NCBI RefSeq assembly: GCF_018977255.1
Contig: NW_024704742.1
Span: 82,028,001-82,092,000, forward strand
Source of the DNA: Callorhinchus milii
Lineage: Eukaryota
DNA length: 64,000 bases
Direction: 5' to 3'
In this document: piece after piece, positions 26,225-39,500 of the stretch
Layout: each line of letters begins with the position of its first letter
Position numbering within the stretch: the stretch's first letter is position 1
Made by a program: the position numbers and the translations under genes
Notes under the pieces: model-generated
The model's database searches: none
What the model saw: the letters and a program-made list of their open reading frames with translations, nothing else
Told to the model about the DNA's origin: nothing

Positions 26225-26540
26225 ATTGATTGAGCAGTTGAGCCATACAATCTGGGAAAATCCCAAGTTTGATCCGGGCAAAGTTAGTGATCTTATCTGG
26301 GGTGGTATTTGGGGGGTGGGGGCTGGTGGTCGTTAAATTGGTCTCATTGCCTCTAGGGTAGGGAGGGGAAAAACAGCCACTTAAATTCACTCTGCAGCAA
26401 ACTCCTGCTTGATTCAAGCTGGTTTAGGTGAGGGCAATGTCAGGCTCTGCCATGGTAGCCATTGCAGTTCACTTTCAACACTCGTCAACAAACACTGTCA
26501 AAGGTCACCCAGAATGCTGGTCACCTGAGTGAGTGCAACT
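26225..26540 (+). mobile_element. Ancient tRNA-derived SINE-like element (related minus-strand pieces at ~32430-32525 and ~53640-53870)
   Basis: Head tgagccatacaatctgggaaaatcccaagtttgatcc and body ctagggtagggaggggaaaaacagcca; family name not assigned. Confidence 0.5.
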
Positions 26541-29029
26541 GACATCACAACTGAGATGCACACAATCCCAGCCTGGAATATGAGTGTCCTTTCCTCTACG
26601 TTTTTAGAGAGCAGAACAAGGCTGGCCATCCATATTAACCACCCACTGGGAGAGAGGTTTGTCAAAGCTGCAACAAAGATTTTCTAATGCAGCGGGAATG
26701 ACATTTGTTAGAGAACTTGCCTCCGGGGGTGTCCTGCAGCTCACCTGCTCCCAGTCTGTGCCCACTGTGTCCACATCCTGGGTATCCAAAGACTTCCCAC
26801 CCATGACAATCTATGTGCCTGACAGAAACTGATAAAAACATTATAGACAGTCACAGTATTCACAGACTTTATTGCATGGATTGTGAATGGCATTTGCACC
26901 CCAATGCACAGCACAATTACTATCTTTAGTAACAACAGGTAAAGGATATTAATACAATCCAACTACAGCTATTATTCCTGTTAATTGTTGGTGCAGAGTG
27001 TATAAAGTATACACGTGAATAAACAATTGAAAGGTAATAATACATAGTTATGCACTAACAAAGGACTTTCTAGTACAGCTCAAAAAGCCCTGTCCACATT
27101 TCAATGTCATACAACATCCTGATATGTTCAGAATTGTAAGTCATTGCAACATACCAATATACTTCACCTAGTGTTCAACCATAAAACATATGCAGTCTCT
27201 TCACTTTACAATATATATAATATGAAGCAGTTTTTGGACATCCGTGTGATGTGAAAGGACCTATACCAAGTGTAAGGATTATTATTGTACTCAAAGTTGT
27301 GAGAGGTGAAATGAGGAGGCAGGTTACAAATGCTGTTTTTAGTTTAGACAATGGACAGGTTGCACAGGTATAAAAGTCCAGTACCTTGGGTAAGGCATAA
27401 CTGCAGGGGTGGAAGGGTATCTGTCCATTCCAGCAATGCAGACAGTGTGCAGTGTAGTATGAAAATGTTCTGACATCTTTTGTTAGTCCACACGGGAAGG
27501 AAAGTTCAGCAGGAGGTAACTTCAGCAGACTTCTGCATCATAGTCTTTTTGAAACATTACTGAAGATAACCTTGTTGATTTATTTGGAATTCCTATAAGA
27601 GTTGTGCTATAAACTCCATCATATGCTCTGCTGGGCTAGGAAAAGGCATATCTCCAGCCACCTGCTGTTCTGCTGCTGTGGAGACTGTATGTGCTGTGCA
27701 GACTGGCCCGGCCCCAGCTCATATGGAAAGGTTGAGCTGCTGGATGCTGTAGGTGATGGCATGGGGTGTTGGAAAGAAAATAAGCTATTCCGACCACCAT
27801 TGGCCTCCCGAGAGCTTTTGTGCCCTTAGAGTTAGCCAAAGTCAAACAGCATCCTGAGAGAAAGGTGTAATTTACAACTTGTAGCTCAATGGTGATTTTG
27901 TTATAATAATAATTCCCAGTTCCCATAATAATACTAATGATCCTTTGATTTGGTGTAGCTTCCTTCAAATCAGGAGGACATCTCAAAGTGTGCTCAAAGT
28001 CCAGTGACTCCGTATTTTGTAGGTGAAACACCTAGTTTAGCTTGTCATTTCAAGGTCTCTTTTTCTTTGGCACTGTTGATGTTACATGCTAATTATAGGA
28101 TGAAGAGTGTTATATAGCTCAGTTTATTTGTTCTTCTTCTGGGTTGCTAGATCCCTGCAGGCAGTGCGTGTGTCAAAGGGTAAACTGCTAAGTTGTTGTG
28201 AGATGTGTCATTGAATAAGGGTTACCAGTGTCTGAGCAAGGATAAGATGGTCATGGTGTGTGGTGACCTCAAATAGACATTAACTCATGGAAATGTTGAA
28301 AACAGAACTAAAGCAGTCTGCATTTATAAAACGCCTTTTATGCAGGAGAGTGTCTCGGAGTGCTGTACAGTGGAAGGGTTGGATGCTTAGAAAGGGGGAG
28401 GTGACCAAAGGTGCAATCAAAGAGGTAAATCTTCAAGTGGGATTTAAAGATAGATAAAGAGAGGGCAAGATGAAAAGTTTGAGGCACAAAGTTCCAGAGG
28501 TTAGAATGTTAAAGAAACATGCATCCACCGTGAATTCTAGTGAAAACTTAATCTCAAAAGATGATACTGATCCTTGCATTTGGATTAATGCCTTTCATGG
28601 CAGGAAAGTGTCTCAAAGCGCTTTACAGAATATCCTGTAAAATGTAGTGACTGTGTATTTGTAGGCTGCACAGAGCAGTTGTGAATGTATGCTAGTTTAT
28701 CGCAGACAAAAGTGGCATAATTTAGAGAATTAAGTTACTCAGTTAAGCATATTTAATTAAGACTTTTAACAGCCTTATCGCATATTCCTTTGTACCTAAT
28801 CGAAACCCCTCATGCAACATCCCAAAAAGATGTAGTCGTCAAATATTTTACCTCATCCCTCTCTGTCCCGATGGAATTTGGGGTGACCAAAGGAATGATT
28901 TCTTTTAAACAAAATTTATGAGGGAGACAGAATGTGTAAAATTTGTAGGGCTGTGTAGCATGTTGTTGACATGCTTATAACAGCACAGTTTACATATTTT
29001 ACAATCAGCTTATGTATTTATGGTTATCA

Positions 29030-29460
29030 GATTCCGCACCATCTTTGGAGGAGAAAATAGCATTCTACTTCAATCAATTTCCATGCAATGATTTTCTCTG
29101 GCACTTTCAACAAATTCCACGGAACTCTTTTGTATCCAGATGGTATATTTTTGATCTTTCTCTTGTTTCCCAACCAACGTTTTGCAGAATATTGATGAAT
29201 TCCCTTGACACAATTGTAGGCATTTCAGTGGATTCATAGCAAATCAGGGTCCATGTCTTTTCATTGTTCATATGGTGTTGATGAAGTGGTTATACTTTCC
29301 AGGATATGTTCATTTGTATTTCTGTATTCAAGAAGAAATTGGAAGAGTTCATTTCATTGAAGTGCAGCCCTCACCCTCTGTTATTTCTCGCTTGCAAATT
29401 AGTATATTTGCTACTACCACTAAGTCACATCATTTGCACATGTCATGTAGCTCATTTGCA
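29030..29460 (-). mobile_element. Possible very old RTE-like LINE reverse-transcriptase remnant
   Basis: Frameshifted minus-strand pieces TCANDV (YADDV-like), GLHFN and LESITT (YLGSII-like) occur in the expected order. Confidence 0.3.
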
Positions 29461-29861
29461 TGGGTAAAAAGTGTTACATTTGTGTAATGCCAATTCACAT
29501 CTGGTTTGATGGATTAAATTTCTGTCGGCAGTGTGACAAAAATCACTGGAGCTGAAAATGGCTAGTGATCGCTTTAGCAATAACTGTATCAAGTCAACAC
29601 CACAAAAGTGGTTTGGGCTGCCTCAGTGCCTGCCAGTCAAAAAAATATCCCCAAGTACTATTTAATGGAATTGATGGTTAACTTGACTTGTCTTATCATA
29701 GATGGTTTATCCTCTTTATCTCATAATTAAGAGTGGTCTGGTGCGTAGCTTTTAGTAAAAACTTGGTGTCAAGCTCTGTTAAGCACCCTGAGACGCTGCC
29801 CCAAGTGAAGGGCCCTATATAAATGCTAATTGTTGTAAAAAAGGATTTGATATGTAAGCAT

Positions 29862-30266
29862 AGCTCCATTGCAAGCATTGTCTCCTTCAAGGTGTGGGTT
29901 CAGATCCCACACAGAATTTCGAACTCGAATATTCCTGGCTGACACTCCAGTGCAGAGCTGGGATGTATTATTCCTTTGGATGAGATGTAAAGCCCTGCCT
30001 GCCTATGCAGGTGAACATTAAATATCCCATGGGACTATTTGAAATGAGAAGATAGTTTTTCCTGGTGCCTTGGACAACAATCTTCCAAATAAAATTGGTC
30101 ATTCACTTCACAGATGTTTGTGGGATATTGCTGTGTGCAAATTGGCTGCCGCATTTGCCTATAAAATACACAATCACTCCACTTTACAGCAAATTCTGTG
30201 AAGCTCTTTGAGTTGAGACATCCTCCTGATGTAATAGTTGCTATACCAAATATAACAATTATTTTA
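29862..30266 (+). mobile_element. Older DeuSINE-type SINE
   Basis: Head with gggttcagatccc B box; Deu core caggtgaacattaaatatcccatgggactatttgaa; tail. Confidence 0.8.
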
Positions 30267-30494
30267 TATATAGAAATGTATACCCATGATAACCTCCACC
30301 AATGTTGACTGAATATAAGTGTTCATGTCACTCTGACATCAATGCTCTTGCTATCTCAGGATTTCTGGAATATCCTTTATAATGAGATAAGGAGGCTCAG
30401 ATACAAAACCTATTATCTGTCCCAATCCAAAATCACTGGATTCTAGGCATTCAGGTATAATAGATTAAACTTGCCCTTAATAGAACAACTCATC

Positions 30495-30800
30495 ATGTTG
30501 AAATATCTCAAAGTGCTTTGCTGAATTTTTCTGTCAAGTGCAGTACTGAATTCATGGGCAAATGCAGAAGATTGTTGCCTGGGACATAGGGAGAAATTGA
30601 TTTTTTTTAGTGTGTCAGTGCATTTTTGACATGCACTTGAACAGGCAGACAGGATCTTGGTTTTAATGTCTCATTTGAACAACAACACCTCCGCAAGCGC
30701 TGTAATAGTGTCAGTCCAGACTATGAGTCCAAAAGCCTGACTTGGGGCTTGAACCCCAATCTTCTAACTCCAAGGTGAGAGTGCTACCCACTGAACCAGG
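30495..30800 (-). mobile_element. Older DeuSINE-type SINE, degraded
   Basis: Head cttgaacccc...gagagtgctacccactgaacc on the plus strand; Deu core remnants. Confidence 0.7.
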
Positions 30801-31267
30801 AGGATATCTACGAGTTGTTTGATATGGCATTTTTTCTCTTCAATGGGAAAACCTTTATAGAGTCTTGAATTTGGCAAAATTCAAGCTATGTCCTGAGGTG
30901 CATCTGTAATAGCAGCAAGATGGGGGGAAAGTGATATCTCCGATGTCAACTTGCATTCCGTTAAACCTCACTCTAGACAATGTGGAGCATGAGAGAGATG
31001 AGCGACATTGTGGTGTCATTTCCCTTCCTACGGCATTATTAAAGCAAAGTAATGCCATAACTCTTGAGATCATTTCCTTCCTCATTTCCTTCAGGCTGTA
31101 ACCTATTTAGCCAAATTCTTTACATTTCTTATTAACACATGTTTCATTGATATGTTCTTGTCCCGCAGATTCCTGAGTAAAAATGACTAATCTCTGATGA
31201 TTTGCACGGTAAAAATCAATTTCTAACATGCCCAGATTTGCCTAGATACAACATTATTACATAATAC

Positions 31268-31589
31268 AGAGACCTGGGTTTGATTCCCAGCAGGGCAAAA
31301 TGTTGGGACAAGTTTCCCTACTCCACACACCTCTTTTCTTCTCTGTTCGCAGTAAATAGAAACCCGATTGTTAGTTGATTGGGGATCGCTTTTCTGGGGA
31401 TAATAAACCTTTTTAAAAAATTTAGTCACTCAATCCACGACTGTTTGTGGGACACTGCTGTGTGCAATTGGCTGCTGCGTTTTGCCCACAAATATACAGT
31501 CAATTTACTTTCAGTATATTCTGTGAAGCGCTTTGAGATATCTAGAAGACATGAAAAGCGCGATATCAATTGCAAGGATTATTATTATT
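31268..31589 (+). mobile_element. SINE (long subtype), partial head
   Basis: gagacctgggtttgattccc...ttgttagttgattggggatcgcttttctggg...aaggattattattatt. Confidence 0.88.
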
Positions 31590-33913
31590 AGTTCACAATA
31601 AAAATCCTGCAAAGGGCTTTGAGACATCTCAATGACATAATAAGGCTGTATTAAAAGCAAGGATTATTATCATAGTAGGCTTTCCAGGCCCCGACATTGC
31701 AAAATGACTTGTGTCTATTTTTTAATATCTCGACCTTGTTGACTGGTATAAAGCAATTCTGTTGGAATTTGCTTATGTTCACTGACTTGGTTTCACAAAA
31801 GACTTTCATGGTACTTCGGTACAACTCACCATCTTGTCTCACTTCCTCGTGAACAAATATTACACTGAGGTAGTGCCTTGTGTTTTGAACCACAATGTGT
31901 GCTGCTCTATTGTCAAACTAAGCTTCTAATTACCTCAGATCCTACCTCTCTAAATGCATCTATGACAACCTATCTCCCCCCCACCTCCCTTGCTTGGTGA
32001 TCAACCCCATCCCTGTACAGTGTTTCATGATGTCCTTTGTGAAGGATGTTATATAAATGAAAGTTGTTGTTGTTTTGGTCTTATTCCCAAAATAGTTTTT
32101 TATAAATAGTTTCACAAAAGACTTTCATTGTACTGCAGTGACAGCTCACCTTCTTGTTTCTTGTGTGAAACTCTTCCACTGCAAACTGAACCCATCTGTT
32201 CATCATGGAATATTAGCTTTTGCTATCCAAACCCAAGTTATAATAATAATTCTTGCATTTGATATAGCATCTTATCTTGTCATTGAGACGTCCCAAGGTG
32301 CTTCACAATATTTGCTGTGAAGTTTGGTGAATGTATAGAATGTGGCAGCCAACAGACATTGAAGACACAAAGTTAGTGACCAATTTTATTTGAGGCATTG
32401 TTAATACAACCTTTTGATTGAGTTAAAATCAGAAAACTCAGCACAGACCATGACTTGAACCTGTGTCCTCTCAGTGACTTAGTGCTACACTGGGCAGTGC
32501 CTTTTGACCACTGGTCCATTGAGGGATATGTATGTTAAGAGCTAGGCTTTTGCTGTCTTCCTTGTGAACAGATGATCGGAGAGAAGATAAGAAGCTGCAT
32601 GCAAAATAAATCTTTTTATAAATAGCTTTGGATTCTACATCTGTTTAAATACTGCCCTTCTCTGCAGGGATACCACTTAGTGCTGTTGCACTCTCAGCTT
32701 GAACATTGTGATCACGCAAGTTGATTGCAGACATCGCGTAAGAAACACTTTTTAATCTTATACAGCGTGAATAATACATTACAAAAGCACTAGGCAATCA
32801 TCACCATCTTGCATTTGAAGAAAATTTGTTAATGTATTCTTTACTAACAAATAAAGTACAACATAATTCTGTGTCTATTGTGTAGGGAGAATTTAATCAC
32901 TTTCTTTTGATCCCATATAGACATTTTTCTTTGGCAGTAGGAGTCTCTGGATTCAGAATTTACATCCTTATTTATGCTTATTACAAATTATGGATTATAC
33001 AGTGAAATACTGATTCATATCAAATGCATATCACTTCTGTCTTCTTAAAAAAAATCAGGAGTACAAACTGATCAGTTCATTAAGGGTTGAAAGTATTAAA
33101 ATCTATAGTCAATATTTAAAAGAGCTGCTTGCTGCTAAAACAAATATATTACACTGAGGCAATGCTGTGCAATGCAATGTTTTGAACTACAATAAGTGCT
33201 GCTCTATTGCAAAACCAAGCTTCCAACTGCCTCTCTGTACGCACCTATGACAACCTCTCTCCTTCCCCCTTCTTTTCTCGCTGTCCAAGTCCATCCCTGT
33301 TAAGCTTTCCGAGACGTCCTATGTGAAGGACACTATAGAAATGAAAGCTGTTGTTATTGCCATATTCCAGCTTTCTTCATGTGAGTTGTGACTTTCTTTT
33401 TTGTTCTTTCTGAGGTTGCAGCCCAAAATCAGACTCAGTATATGGGGAAAAATTCCACCTGGATCTATATTTACTGTATTAACTGAGCATTTTACAGCAT
33501 CCACGAAAAATATACAGTAACTACACTTAATATATCCTGTGAATCACTTTGAGATGTCTCGACAACATGTTAAGGCATTATGTCAAATACAAAGATTATT
33601 ATTATTATTATATCTGTATATCTGTAGTCAGGCCTGTTTATCCTTGTCTGCACCTCTATGACTGTATGACAGGCAGTGCCGTGAAAACGTAGAGCTAGAA
33701 CACGACAGCCATTTTGAAGCACTGCTGCTGATTTGACTATTGTGGGTTTGAGGCTTGTTTGAACTACGAAATGCTCTAGGACAGAATATTTAATGCTGGG
33801 TCTATTTCCATGTACTGTTAAAGAGCCTGTAATGCTATTTGTGACTGTGGAAGTGTTATTCATGACAGAGAAGATTATGCAATGGAAGCGTAATAAATAG
33901 GTGTCCTTTTCAC

Positions 33914-34013
33914 CAGTCAACTCACTTTACAGTATATTCTGTGAAGCGCTTTGGGACGTCCTCCCGACGTGAAAAGCGCTATATCAAATGCAAGGATTAT
34001 TATTATTATTATT
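33914..34013 (+). mobile_element. Young 5'-truncated SINE tail
   Basis: Near-consensus gggacgtcctcccgacgtgaaaagcgctatatcaaatgcaagg(att)n. Confidence 0.9.
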
Positions 34014-34682
34014 GTTAACACCTTTTATTATCGATGAATATTGACATTCTCTTTATTCGAAGTGTTCAGTGGACACGTTTCAATAATATGATCCATGGGA
34101 TTTTGCCCTGATTGGCAACTGGGAGTACGCCATAGAAATTTTTTTCTTAAGATCTTGCAGCCGAACCAAGAAGCTGTGCAAGTAACAAGCATTTATAACT
34201 ATAGAAAGCTTCTGCATGTGAAGCTGCAATTAAATTGGACATCTTGTTAATATAGATATATATTTTTTCCCTGTCCAATGGAACACATGCACAATTAGAT
34301 ATTGAGTATCTGCAGTGTAAGTCTAGGCTGGTTAAGAAATATTACAAATGCAAGGTCAAGCCTTCAAACAACTTTGCTGTCCGTGGCACCCCGATCAGTT
34401 AAATGGCATGTTTTTTGACTATTGTGTGCACAGGGAGAAGGTTAGCACTAGGAGATTACTTTTTGTTTAAACATTCCACTGAAAACTTTAGCTCACTAAA
34501 GCTATGGATGTTATGTAGTAAAAATGAAATGTGAGATAATCATATCAAAATTATAATGAAAATATTGTTGCAGTTCATAATGGTGCATTTAGAACATATA
34601 TACATAATGTTCTTGGAATTTTGAGCTAAGTGAATCTTAGTTGATTTGTGCTGCAGAAACATGTCTTTTTCAATGTTTATAA

Positions 34683-35011
34683 ATGCAGTCAGCCATATTT
34701 GCAACTACCTCTCATGGTGTCTCATGACAGCCTGATCCACAAAAAAAACAGAGAAAACCTATGTGGCCTTAATTGGAGAAGCTATAAAGAAGAGTGTGTG
34801 CAATAAATTGCTAGTGAATGGAATTTATCAGTACATTGAAACAAATTACCCACATATCCGGGAGGAACCTGGCATGCACAGAAATTGCATCTGCCAGTAG
34901 TTAAGTGTGGCCTCACGCTTTCACAGAACACCTAAGAAATACCAAAATAAATGGTGTCATGTTTGGATGTTCAATTCATTGTTCGCCTCCATTTCCTCAA
35001 AAGCACTTTAA
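34683..35011 (+). pseudogene. Degenerate forkhead-box (winged-helix) pseudogene, highly divergent, subfamily uncertain
   Basis: The frame from 34745 reads KTEKTYVALIGEAIKKSVCNKLLVNGIYQYIETNYPHIREEPGMHRNCICQ*LSVASRFHRTPKKYQNKWCHVWMFNS. It aligns without gaps through helices 1-3 to the Fox consensus KPPxSYIALIxxAI..S..KKLxLxxIYQYI...YPYFR.....WRNSIRHNLS...F....W. Stop TAG at 34898-34900; frameshift at the A-run 34741-34748; upstream TGA. Confidence 0.8.
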
Positions 35012-35300
35012 CAGATGTCTGACAAGAATTTATTTCTTGCATTTCTGAAGAAATTGCTGTAAGTATTGCTGAGGACAACTGTGATCTGTGTGCGTGTCAA
35101 CAGCGTTTCAGCAAGGAAAGAGAAGCTCTCCTTTCCATATGGACTCCGACAGCTTTTTATGTTTCTGAAAGGTTCCAGCACAAGCTAAGTCATTAAATGA
35201 AAGTGCTGAAGCAAACAGCATATGGGATTCGAATACATACAAAGCATGGAACAATTCTAAAGATTTTGATCGGAATCACAGGAGATTTGTATAGTTTTTA

Positions 35301-36256
35301 TGTGGTACGACCCTGAGGTAAGATAGTACAGAGGTAATGGATAAATCAAAGGGTTAATTTATTAATCAGCAAGATGGTTATTAAACAGTTACAAGTTTCA
35401 TGCTTATAACTGCAGTAGATAATTCAGGGCAGGTTGATCTCGACCTTATCTGGGACACCAACGCATCAATAATCCTTTGGCTAATTGTTTAGACATAAAC
35501 CCACATGGCCCACAGGATCCAGTATCTCACAGTGTCCAACTGTGTCTAACAATGTCCCACTGTGCCCAACCTCTTAACAGTTGTTTAATTTCTTTACACC
35601 CCAAAGTTCGGACACGTGATGACGAAATAAGAAGGTGCGGCCAGAGGTTCTTCCACCCAACCAAAGTTCACAGTTTGATTGTCCAATCATATTCCTGAAT
35701 TGATCCATCCAATCATCTTTCCACACATAGGAGGTCCCAAGGCTGTGAAGATTTTAATCTCTGGAATTTGGGAGTTCTTCTGGAAGCCTCTGATACCAAG
35801 TGTGGAATGTTCAATTTGATAGTTAATTGTCCTTCCTTGGCACCTTCACGTTGTAAAATCCTTTCAAGATCTCGTCCAAGCAGACTGCAAGTCACCAAGA
35901 GTTTCATTAATCAAGCCAATGTCAGGTTAACTCAAAGCCACACATTTCTGATCTTGTTGAATGTTGGCTTTTGGGGTCTTAGCTGATCGTAGAATCTTTC
36001 TTATCAACACAATCTACATTTCGTTCACTTGAGATGGATTGTTAGAGACACCATCTCCCAAACAAAGAATGGAATAACACCTATTCATCAAATCTTCATC
36101 AAGCATGTCACAGAGCCCCAAAACACAGATCTCACTCCATGTGGTTCGAATTCTCTCTCTCACATTCCTTAACATCCATCAAGATTGTTCCAGTTCTTTA
36201 ACATACAGTTTGGGGTGTCAAACAATAATTTTAACAATAATTTTAAACCTCTTACA
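35301..36256 (-). mobile_element. Probable solo LTR (ERV/LTR-retrotransposon type)
   Basis: On the minus strand it begins TGTAAGAGG and ends GGTCGTACCACA (TG...CA), with AATAAA about 60 nt from the 3' end and a TATA-like TTATAA upstream; non-coding; no clear target-site duplication. Confidence 0.6.
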
Positions 36257-36267
36257 GGTTGGAAAAC

Positions 36268-36510
36268 ATCAACAACAAATTACAATTGTGTAGCACCTTT
36301 CTTGTCAGAGGATGTCACCAAGTCAAAGTTGTGCACCTGAGCTGGGGGTTGGGATCAGGAGGGGTGGACAAGGGAGGGTGGGGGTAGGAGGGAGGGAGGG
36401 AGACCAAAAGCATGCATCGAAGATGGAGGTCTTGCAATAGGTCTTGAAGAAGCAAGGGAGGGGTTGAGGCAAAGCGACAATGGGATGGAGTTCCAAAGGG
36501 TGGGGACCAA
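36268..36510 (-). mobile_element. L2 LINE 3' end
   Basis: L2 tail and purine-rich 3' UTR on the plus strand. Confidence 0.75.
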
Positions 36511-39500
36511 GAGACTGAAGGTTTACTAAGGAGATCCTAGACCAGGTGTATCCAAGGTGGTCAATAGCGATTCTTGGAGCGTCAAGAAGTAGCCTGCCAA
36601 ACATCCACACCAGTCTAGGCAAGTCTGCGCCAAAGTTTCAGTAGCTACTGAGCCGTGATATCTGTGGCATATCCATCAATTAATAAAAATTCAATAAAGA
36701 TAAATGTATTTGTTGGCTGACCATAAAGGTTGGTGACTGTTCTAAACTATGCAAAAAGATTCACGGTTAAAAATTCTACCTCGGTCCAGTTTTACTCTAT
36801 TTTCTTGGCATTTAAAAGCATCCAGAAGATGACAAATTCCTTATTTTGGAGCCCTTTTTTTTGCATTTTTTTTTCTCCTCCTATATGCTATAGAAGTGGC
36901 CTGTTGGTTAGATGAAATGTTATTAAATACTTGTAATGCCCTAATATCTCCAACTCTTCTTTTCTGCAACAAAAACCTTTGCTGTGTAACTCTTCCAAAC
37001 TCAATCCACACAACGCACAAAAATATCAGCTGTATCAGGCCCCAGTAACTCAACAAAAGATGATTAATCTTGTTGTCTCCTGCTAATGACAGGTTGTAGA
37101 AAGCCATAGTTCTATTGGCTGCAATAACAACAACAACAACTTGCATTTATATTGCGCCCTTCATGTTGGGTAGCGTCCCAATAAGTAATCTCTTTACTTG
37201 CAGCAAAATCTTTTCTCAGAAATGCACACATGGAATATATCAATAGCAGTCAAAAGGCTCCTCATATCCCAGGCTGAGATTGCTTCCTGCTGTCCCCGCT
37301 TGTGGATGGGATGGTGCTATCAAGCTTACTACTCAACCAAAGTTAACAAAATAAGTTCACGCTTTTTTACTATATAATCGTTTTACTATCGGAATGTATC
37401 CCCTATTGAGTGAAGAAGGCTGATATTTGCATATGAATGGGGGTCATTGAATCTTCCATGAAATAAATTGTCTTAAACAGAAATAATTTGACACGCTTTG
37501 TCTTTTACAGCAATGTTTCAAAAGAACAATGTGTATTAAGCATGACATTGTTTTGATGAAGTTGTTACCTCTCTTAAAGTGCAGCATGTTGGAGCCATTT
37601 ACATGTGCCATTACTAAATAGATGTTTCTTAGACCTTATTCTGAGTTACTAAATACAATAATTGTTTTAACTGGCCTCAGTTTTCTATTTGAAGAACAGG
37701 ATGCACAAACCAAAAACGTGCATTTGATATTGAATTCATTAAATTGCTACTTTGAACAATTGGTATTTATAAGTTATTGAAATTAATAGATATAAAGTAT
37801 AATTACCAATTGCTGAAGCTTGTAGCATGTTTTACATGACACTTCCCAATCATAGGGATGATATTCAGTACCGAATAATTGTGATATTTTTATTTGCTGA
37901 CATTTAATCAAAGTAAACAGTAAGTCATCATAAATTCTCTACAACTGTGGATTTGTGATTATATTTTGGGACATGAGAATAAATGAATTGGATACTTCCT
38001 GGGTATTCTCATATCTTCTCATTGAACCCATAATAGTGATGCTGACATGGCCCTTCTTGAGGCACTGTATCATGGCAATCCTTTTACTTGCTTGCTGTCA
38101 AAATGGCAATTCTGTCCTGTGTTCAGTCAGGTTTAAAGCAGGTGGGTTTACTCAGAATAAAATAACATACAATTAAGTTGAATGACAACTACCAAAACAG
38201 ACCATTTGTGCCAAACGCAAAGGATTTGCAGTAATGAGAAAAAAAGCAGAGCGAGAAGCAAAGAAAAGGAAAACAGCAACAAACTAAACAAAGAGGTGCA
38301 GAGACGGATCCTGCATTTAACCCGTGTGTTTGACATGAGTTCTACACGTGGAGTTTATACATCACACAAGCTTCCAGCCCTCCTAATCCGATCCCCATGT
38401 ACATGACCCTCCAATGAAATACTTTTGATTCTTGCTCATCTTTTTTAGCTGCGAATGTTTCACCTCCAGTAAATGAAACCAAGGCAATGAAGATTATTGA
38501 CAGTAGAATGGCAACAGTGAGTGAATCCAACCGGATGACTGAGTCAGATTAATGATATTTCTCACTCAATGTGCTGTGCAAACTCCTGCTTATTTTTTTT
38601 TCTAAATTTCTCTTTGAAAACGGTTTCAAATAGAAATGTGCGATCATTTGTTTAAAAACCTTGGAGATTCATTGTATCAAGTAGCATGAAGACATCAAGA
38701 CTAAGAATAGAAACAAACGATTTTGATACATTTTGGTGCTTTTTTCTCAATGCTGAACATACATACAAAATATATTGAATCCCATTTACAATATCACCTT
38801 CACATTAGTGTTTCTATCGTGCATTTGATCTCTTTGCAAGCTCTCTGTTTTGAGGGTGTTTTTTGCATCACTGAAAGTGACTTGCTCAAAGAGCAAAGTG
38901 GAACGTAATTTAAAAAAATGAAGAATTTCTGTATATGCGGAATTATTTCTGTGATATTTAAAGTTGCTCTGAAGGTTGTTGGCCTATCCAATGGATCAAT
39001 GAGAGCTTTCCAGGGAATATGTGAGAGCAGAATCCAAATTGAAGCAAGCCCATGATATTTATAGAAGGATGAAGAGGACTGCTGTGAAATAACCTCTTTC
39101 AGTTCAATCCAGAGAGAGACTCCCAACAGAACGCACATTGTCTGATTTGCACTTTTGAGTCTTTTACTGATTTTGTGCCAACCACACGGGTTAAATGCAG
39201 GACTCATCTCTGCACCTCTTTATTTAGTTTATTGCTGTTTTTCTTTGATTTGCTTCTTGCTCTGCTTTTTTTCTCATTCCAACAAACCCTTTTCCACGTG
39301 TTTCTCTTCCCCATTTCTCTGTCATTATTCTCTTAAACATTTCTCTTCTCATCCCTCGACTTCACTGCTTGCTGTACTGACTGTGCAGTGTGTGCCAAAT
39401 CAGCCGCTGAGAATTTATAATTTATTTAGTTGGTTCCTGCTCTGCATGATCCAAGATGTATGAAAGAGAGAACGATTCTAGGGCAAACCAATGCCATTTC

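Noticed and set aside
38395..38445. GATGAGCAAGAA (DEQE) as possible ZC4H2 exon 1
   Set aside because: 12-nt match only; no ATG in position and no donor site.
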